A stretch of 64,000 nt of DNA from an uncultured virus (IMG/VR IMGVR_UViG_2626542208_000008) (Duplodnaviria > Heunggongvirae > Uroviricota > Caudoviricetes): IMG/VR virus record IMGVR_UViG_2626542208_000008. One strand, given 5' to 3'. The notes beneath the pieces are model-generated. The model searched no databases. It was given only the letters and a program-made list of their open reading frames with translations, and was not told where the DNA came from. This document shows positions 59,201-64,000 of this stretch, one piece after another. Made by a program: the position numbers and the translations under genes. Position 1 is the stretch's first letter; every line of letters starts with the position of its first letter.

Positions 59201-59374
59201 ACACGAAAGCCGTTGACCTCGAGAAAACTGCGCGGTCATCTTCGTAATGAGCGCCTGCGCTTCTGGTGCCCATTGACGGTCTGCGCCACGCTCACAATTG
59301 AGCACAGGCCGACGCGGCAACGCGACAATGCGTTGAAGGTCTCCTTGCGACAAATCGAGAGCAACACCTTGCAT
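56300..59374 (-). CDS. Superfamily 2 (SNF2-like) helicase containing an intein
   Basis: VGGGKT, DDECH, SGST, GTGRDGLQ, WEQ/CLGRLVREGQ after intein removal. Confidence 0.88.
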   Translation of the reverse strand: MQGVALDLSQGDLQRIVALPRRPVLNCERGADRQWAPEAQALITKMTAQFSRGQRLSCACRDRYIEVIGNGSIRVFHTSRPGLPPPPPVEMSIDSFCLDGLHDPKTNKIVQALRPGMTATLAGLGHPVCLTTLNPVQSWILDELPKAGGIFGMISVGGGKTIAGILAPLAVKCKTAGILAKPDQRLHYYRAYLQLREHFRVPSLIFDKSEVESFVVTGSPAVHFIPYSLLSNKKSTLLLEQLNLDMLVDDECHLLASLNSSRSMRWVRYLEQNNGKIVCNWSGSTVKKTVKDVAHLSAHSLGMGSPYPLKSDTVEAVALVIDPSPVPDTNSSTARALRNAFGDPSLNDKPKFFVSGMPDVREGYKQRVIETCGVISTKTSSVTCSISINERKAPPMPETVKAALAEVRGAWVRPDGEELVEAMEQLKCAREVASGFYDYWAYPKMEPVEVIEEWFAKRKLWNKELRVKIMRGEPHLDSPALCENAAERAWRTPPYDGDLPKWFSETWRDWAKVKNTVQPDPRSKWIDDYLARDAAQWAKENRGIVWCQSRAFGKKVAELAGLPYHAGGIDAEAAILAEDGSRSVIASMRAHGTGRDGLQYKFYKQLIAEPPSSADIWEQCLDAQTEVLTNKGWVGIDDSIGQARVAAYEIRDGSIRWQRCKRRVERRLGSESMWGIKNAHLDIRVTADHRMICKPYKFKGGSWKYGLNQFVEAENMPLKGVIPISGMQSNKGVDLTDYELLFIGLFMTDGNYSHNNLTVSVFQSERYPSMVSRCEEIVRGCDFKFRHQLYTRPSNFGKRKYPLHKWCISSGRGTKMHGLGWWKLRDYLNKDLSPLLERVSSRQLRLLLEGMWIGDGSKTVGTYDYFPSTTSICTARKVVADKIQALCVRHGLRCNVATYKQKRHKPIYKLYISEQCYWSFCRRASDARPVWQKLPSRSDERVWCVSVDTGAIVTRRNGKVAIVGNCLGRLVREGQEAETVETEVYIHVSENRDAIRKALRLAEFIEATTPNRQLILAADVGFSV
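56480..57517 (-). mobile_element. Intein (346 aa) with LAGLIDADG homing endonuclease
   Basis: Starts CLDAQTEVLTNKGW, block B VTADHRM, FIGLFMTDG and LLEGMWIGDG, ends VWCVSV...IVGN|C; AT-richer than flanks. Confidence 0.93.
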
Positions 59375-59379
59375 AGAGA

Positions 59380-61194
59380 CTACCGCTTCACCATCGAAAG
59401 CGTCTGCATCACTGCCTGGACTTCAGTCGGCGTCATCCGCGAAAGCGCCACCACATCCACGTGAAACACAATGCTGCGAGAGGTGTTGCGGCCAACATAG
59501 TCGACACTGAAAGCCAACGCCTCCGGTAGAAGAGGTGACGGAGGTACCGCCGAAGACACAATCGGTGCCATAGAGTGGTTGTGCGCGGCCGGTGCGGACC
59601 CGGGAATCCCAGGAACACCGTTCGCGGGATTCGTTGCCGCGGGCGGCTTCGGTGCCGGCGGCGCGTCGACCTTCGGCAGATTATGTCGCGGAACGATGAT
59701 CCCGGTGAAGTCGATGTTGAAGTCCCCGTCCTTCAAACGGAATTCCTTGCCGCACGACGGGCACGACTTCTTGCGCGACGTCGCCTCCTTCGGCGTGACG
59801 GAGATCTCGGTACCACCTGTCAGGCAACGCCCGCCCGTCTTTGCGGCCTCGGGATTGGCGGCGGCCTCGGCTGCCTGTTGTTGCGCACTCGCCAAAGCAT
59901 GTGCTTCCGCACGCACCTTGATCTCCGGGTCCTCAATGTTGGCGATGACCTCGGCCGGGAGCGGTGCCGCTGCCGCGACCGGATCGAACGGCGGCGAGTC
60001 CGGCGGGTTGATCGCGCCGATATGCGGCGGCGCAACAGGCGCGGCCGGCGTGGCGAACGCGACCAACTCAAACTGTGTAGGCGGGCGTTGAACCCAACCC
60101 GAATCGGCACCCTCCCTATCAAAAACGATCCCGGATGGATCGAATCGCATCATTCCCGCCGCGATCTTCTGTCGAGCAATGGCGATCGGATCGACCGCCG
60201 AAGGCGCGGTCGGCGCAGTCGTAGACGGTACCGACGGTAACGGCATCGCACCGTTGGTCTGCGTCGGCTGCTTCATCATGTCGAACAGGCTTGCCATCTG
60301 GGCTCCTCCAATTTGCAACAGGGTAGAGAGGCTTGCTTGTGGTCGTTCACAGTAGGGTTGATGCGGACACCCACGAAAGTCTCCGCATGCACGGATGTTG
60401 GGTTCGATCTTACGATGGTCTGTCTCCTTCGCGACGTCGACCATCGCCGCGACCGTACACTGGATGTCCTCGCCTCGACGATAGATCGTATCGAGATCCA
60501 ACAACCGCGAGACCTTCTTCGACTCACGCTTCTTGGTACCGAAGTACCCGTGAGAGATACGAACGAAGCGCAAGTCCGGCCACACGTGCAAAGTCGCCCT
60601 CGCGTAAACAGGCATCTGCACGGTCATCACAAGACCTTCTTCGGTCTTCGCCCACTTCTTCACGTCCCCTGAGGTCTTCCAGTCGTTGATCTCGGCCGTG
60701 CCAGGCGGATCTTGATTCCGACTTCCCTTGTCGTCGAGCCACACACCTCGACGGTGACGAAGATCCATCGCGCCCATGAGCGGAATGCCAAAAAACGCGA
60801 GGCCGTGTCGCTCAACCTCTTCCTTGGTGCCGACCCCCGCCAACATCCGATCACGCGCCGCGAGCGCCGCCTTGTAGTCGCCAAACCCCTCTTCGACAAT
60901 GAGATCGTTACCAGGCTCGGGAATGAACCTCATTCCGTGTCGCACCACAGGTCCGAGGATATTCTCCCCGGTCTTGAAATAGTGCTCCAACGACTTGTGT
61001 TCCTTTTTTCCTGTGTTCTGCCAGGTCTTCTCCGGCGGCTTCTTCCCGTCGATCTTCTCGAACCAGTACCGACGGTGACAACCACCTTCCTGATTCGGAT
61101 CGAACGCACTAATCGAACTTGCCGACACGTATCGGATCGTGTGACCGAACACGATCGAGTGCCCGTAATCGGGCCTGGTGTCCTCCGCACTCAT
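59380..61194 (-). CDS. Cas4/RecB-like PD-(D/E)xK exonuclease with long Pro/Ala-rich C-terminal extension
   Basis: SASSI, GCHRRYW, GAMDL, INDWKT, QMPVY, CGDFRGCPHQPYC. Confidence 0.85.
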   Translation of the reverse strand: MSAEDTRPDYGHSIVFGHTIRYVSASSISAFDPNQEGGCHRRYWFEKIDGKKPPEKTWQNTGKKEHKSLEHYFKTGENILGPVVRHGMRFIPEPGNDLIVEEGFGDYKAALAARDRMLAGVGTKEEVERHGLAFFGIPLMGAMDLRHRRGVWLDDKGSRNQDPPGTAEINDWKTSGDVKKWAKTEEGLVMTVQMPVYARATLHVWPDLRFVRISHGYFGTKKRESKKVSRLLDLDTIYRRGEDIQCTVAAMVDVAKETDHRKIEPNIRACGDFRGCPHQPYCERPQASLSTLLQIGGAQMASLFDMMKQPTQTNGAMPLPSVPSTTAPTAPSAVDPIAIARQKIAAGMMRFDPSGIVFDREGADSGWVQRPPTQFELVAFATPAAPVAPPHIGAINPPDSPPFDPVAAAAPLPAEVIANIEDPEIKVRAEAHALASAQQQAAEAAANPEAAKTGGRCLTGGTEISVTPKEATSRKKSCPSCGKEFRLKDGDFNIDFTGIIVPRHNLPKVDAPPAPKPPAATNPANGVPGIPGSAPAAHNHSMAPIVSSAVPPSPLLPEALAFSVDYVGRNTSRSIVFHVDVVALSRMTPTEVQAVMQTLSMVKR

Positions 61195-61343
61195 CTCGCC
61201 TTCGACGACTTGCGCGCCTTGTCCAACCAGTCACGCACGATGCGACGTACCAACTCGGATACCGAGATGTCCATTCGACTCGCTTCGCGCTTCACGCTCG
61301 CAAAGTCGGTCACGCCAAAACTAATCAGACGTTTGGTTTTCAT
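61191..61343 (-). CDS. Ribbon-helix-helix protein (50 aa, below ORF-track cutoff)
   Basis: MKTKRLISFG...VKREASRMDISVSELVRRIVRDWL; ATGA coupling. Confidence 0.75.
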   Translation of the reverse strand: MKTKRLISFGVTDFASVKREASRMDISVSELVRRIVRDWLDKARKSSKAR

Positions 61344-61354
61344 TTCGAGATGCC

Positions 61355-61383
61355 GATATATCTAACAGAGATACTCGTGTCAA
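61355..61383 (-). promoter_or_regulatory. Sigma70-like promoter for the replication operon
   Basis: TTGACA-17-TATATC on - strand. Confidence 0.5.
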
Positions 61384-63999
61384 CTACTTTTCGTCGGCAA
61401 GTTTGCCAGATCCCTTCTCGTCATCTGGCTTTCCACCCGCAAGCGCAAAAAACCCCTTCCTGTTGGAATCCGCATCGAGCAGTGCTTGAGTCGCGTAGTA
61501 GCGCCAAGCACGTGCGCCGTGTCCGTCTCGCTGCCGACGAAATCCGAGCTTCTTCAACGCATATCCAATACGTTGAAGATCGTTGTCTTTGATTGGCTTG
61601 TCTTCGAATATCTCTTTGGCAACATCAAGCGTCGTCACGCTTTTTGGACGTGCCATTTTCGCCGTAGCAAACCACCACTCTCGCACCATCATGGCCGGTA
61701 CATTCTCGACCATATAGTCATCGGTTACCTGCTCCGTGATGGCGATTTCCTCGTAGGTGAAGTGCCACACCTCACCTGCATCGAACGCGACCACGGCTTC
61801 TGCGAGAAGCTGATCACGATCTCGTCGCAACATCTCGATCGCGGTCTTGGTGTACTTGCAGGCCACCGGCCAGTATTTCCGGTTGCCCGTGTCGTCGGAG
61901 AAGATAGCATCCTCGTTGGCGGTCGCGACGAAGACTGCGCGCCTGGGAGAGTCCTCGAAGTCCTTGCTGTACGGCGGCCTGAACCTGTCTTTCTGCGACG
62001 AGAAGAAGCTCTTGAGCATGTCGTTGCCCACACGCTTGAACGCCACGCACTCGGCCAACTCACAGAGCCAGTACAAGCCCGCCATCATGCGCGAGTCTTT
62101 GTCCCCGAGATTGATCGCCGTATCGCAGAACCACTCTCCAGCCAAGATGGAGAAGATGGTCGACTTCCCGATCCCTCCATCGCCCTGCACCACCAACACG
62201 TTGTCAACCTTGCAACCAGGCTGGAGCCCGCGTGCCGCCAACGAGATCATCCAACGACGTCCTACCTTTTCCAAGTAGTCATCTAATTCTTGCGTCGCGC
62301 CGCAATAGGTCTTCAACCAATTGGAGATTCGCGGTTGACCGTCCCACTTGAGCGACCGCAAGAACTCTTTGATTGGATCGTACGGATTCGACCGCGCGAC
62401 GCTGATCACTCGGATGCACAATGCCTGATGTGCGACCTGAAGTTTGTGTACGTTCGAGAGGTAATCTTCGATGCCAGCGACGAGAATCTCGATCGGGCTC
62501 TTAGCATACTGAAGCATCGGGCCGCCCGTGACCTCGACACGTTTGGAGACCTCGTTCCAGCGCAAGTAACCACAAAAGTCGGGGTGATTGCGCAAGAAGA
62601 TACGTGCATTGTGCGCAGTATTCGCAGGCGCCCCTGCGTTGTTGATGGTCAGATGATCACGCCAATTCGCGCCGTCTGGAGGGACGCCCGGTAACGGTAC
62701 CGTGTTGCTCGCGGTGTACGCTGCCTGCGTAACCATCGCGACACGCTCGTTCTCCTTCTGCACTCGCTCGATGTCGCCGACCTTACGCTGATCCTGAGCA
62801 GCACGAAATTTTCGCTCGGCCACCGTGATCCACGGTGTGTCACCGGGCTCGATCACCATCCCGACGATCGACATCCGCACAATCTGAAACACACCTTCCC
62901 ACGTAGTCTCCGACGGTAACCCGTAAGCAAGCGCTGACATCACCTTGCCGATGGCCTTGAACCGTCCGACGCCGCGATCGGCATCGTCGAGGACGGTCTC
63001 CACATCACCGTACCCGCCGGGTTTGGCAAGCACGTGTCCGTCGAGTACACGCCGAATGAAGATGGCCAAGATCTTGTCGTTGCGCTCCTGCGACCGCGCC
63101 TTATGGTTCGCCAGATCGCGCACTTGTTCGCGCAACGCGCCCAGTTCGACGACCGCAGGCGACGAGGCGAGAACAAGGGCGTGTACGTTGCGCTCAGGCG
63201 CGCGTTGAAACGCGCGAATGATGGTCTCATTACGAACCTGAGTGATGTACTCGCCGATCTCGTCCGCGTCTTCTTCTCCAAGGATGCCACATACGCGTGT
63301 GAAACCGGTCATCGCGCTGTCGTCGGTGAGCGCGTACGTGTGGTCGACCGTGTTGGCGCGTGCCTCCGGATCGTCCGAACCTCCTTCGCGAAAACTCTCG
63401 CGCAAGATGTAGCGCGCAGCTTCGAGTGAAGCTCCTGCACGTCGCATCATACCTCCAAGCGCAAGTGCAAGTTCATGTCGTCGATTCGGCGGGAATGTGC
63501 GACTCACAACGTCGATGAGACCGAGCACCGCGTCGCTTTCGAGATCCCACTTCTCTTCGTCGGGGAGCGCCGTCCGGTTGTAATCGAGCGCGGCGGCCAC
63601 GGGTACGTTCTTCTCCGCCCAGGCGAACACTTCGTCCACGTCAAGGATCTTTCCTCGCACGTGCTCGGCGGAGTGCTCCGTGTCTTTCGGATGCGACGGT
63701 CGGTAGTAGAACCTCGAGCGATTCTTGCAAGTACGATCTGGCTGAAGTTTACCGTGCTTGTCGATGACCGAGATGCCAAGATACTCGACGGCAGCGGCGA
63801 GGAATCGGTGCCACTGATTGGCATGGACTGGACGAGAAAGCGCAAGCACCACACGAAACCCAATGTCATCAGGGCGGCAGTTATGTGTCGTGTGGCGAAC
63901 GTGCTCCCACTTCGAGAGCGCGGCGACAGCCTTCGTGCCTTCTTCTAGCGAGAGGTGATCGAAGTCGAGCGTGAGAAGCGTGACCGCGCGGACGTTGAC
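61384..63999 (-). CDS. Primase-helicase: AEP primase N-terminus (truncated) + VapE-type ATPase
   Basis: Frame open to edge with LDFD and HTTH; GDGGIGKST, WFCDT, RPPY, ATAN, DDTGNRKYWPV. Confidence 0.88.
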   Translation of the reverse strand, partial: VNVRAVTLLTLDFDHLSLEEGTKAVAALSKWEHVRHTTHNCRPDDIGFRVVLALSRPVHANQWHRFLAAAVEYLGISVIDKHGKLQPDRTCKNRSRFYYRPSHPKDTEHSAEHVRGKILDVDEVFAWAEKNVPVAAALDYNRTALPDEEKWDLESDAVLGLIDVVSRTFPPNRRHELALALGGMMRRAGASLEAARYILRESFREGGSDDPEARANTVDHTYALTDDSAMTGFTRVCGILGEEDADEIGEYITQVRNETIIRAFQRAPERNVHALVLASSPAVVELGALREQVRDLANHKARSQERNDKILAIFIRRVLDGHVLAKPGGYGDVETVLDDADRGVGRFKAIGKVMSALAYGLPSETTWEGVFQIVRMSIVGMVIEPGDTPWITVAERKFRAAQDQRKVGDIERVQKENERVAMVTQAAYTASNTVPLPGVPPDGANWRDHLTINNAGAPANTAHNARIFLRNHPDFCGYLRWNEVSKRVEVTGGPMLQYAKSPIEILVAGIEDYLSNVHKLQVAHQALCIRVISVARSNPYDPIKEFLRSLKWDGQPRISNWLKTYCGATQELDDYLEKVGRRWMISLAARGLQPGCKVDNVLVVQGDGGIGKSTIFSILAGEWFCDTAINLGDKDSRMMAGLYWLCELAECVAFKRVGNDMLKSFFSSQKDRFRPPYSKDFEDSPRRAVFVATANEDAIFSDDTGNRKYWPVACKYTKTAIEMLRRDRDQLLAEAVVAFDAGEVWHFTYEEIAITEQVTDDYMVENVPAMMVREWWFATAKMARPKSVTTLDVAKEIFEDKPIKDNDLQRIGYALKKLGFRRQRDGHGARAWRYYATQALLDADSNRKGFFALAGGKPDDEKGSGKLADEK

Positions 64000-64000
64000 G

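Larger units (their letters stand above)
1..64000. mobile_element. Large dsDNA virus/prophage genome segment, probably temperate
   Basis: Phage-type replication module, lysis genes, tyrosine recombinase, dense ATGA/GTGA-coupled operons, many small unknown ORFs, no host core genes. Confidence 0.92.

Noticed and set aside
59380..61194. Cas4-like nuclease as evidence of a CRISPR system
   Set aside because: No cas1/cas2 or repeat-spacer array seen; stand-alone Cas4-like exonucleases are common in phage replication modules

Overview
The window is most of the genome of a large, GC-rich, probably temperate dsDNA virus (phage), cut inside genes at both edges. No host housekeeping genes, rRNA, tRNA or CRISPR arrays were recognised. 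Layout: (1) 1-8190 (+): putative virion/membrane proteins, most with hydrophobic C-terminal anchors, sharing a repeated peptide tag (MSFYL[DH]GVD[VI]LG, shorter [DE][IV]LG), plus a peptidoglycan-binding protein and a lytic transglycosylase. (2) 8173-8657: a head-to-head pair of paralogous small HTH regulators with direct-repeat operator candidates. (3) 10386-27958 (+): a tightly coupled 19-gene glycosylation/methylation cluster (about 7 glycosyltransferase-like genes, 5 SAM methyltransferases, B12 radical SAM, nucleotidyltransferase, 2 dehydratases, nucleotide-sugar dehydrogenase). (4) 28044-30656 (+): RHH protein, possible jelly-roll protein, tyrosine recombinase, stand-alone response regulator. 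(5) 30749-49591 (mostly -): AT-rich fibre/SGNH receptor module, RuvC-like resolvase, M15 endolysin lysis cassette, many small early-type genes, and an antisense SAM-lyase-like gene. (6) 49592-50500: structured non-coding region. (7) 51462-64000 (-): family A DNA polymerase, Dda/RecD-like helicase, SSB candidate, intein-containing SF2 helicase, Cas4-like exonuclease, primase-VapE helicase. No terminase, portal, HK97 capsid or tail genes are visible. That fits a tailless membrane-containing virus but does not prove it, because the structural block is truncated at the left edge. All family calls are motif recognition by eye; no database search was run.
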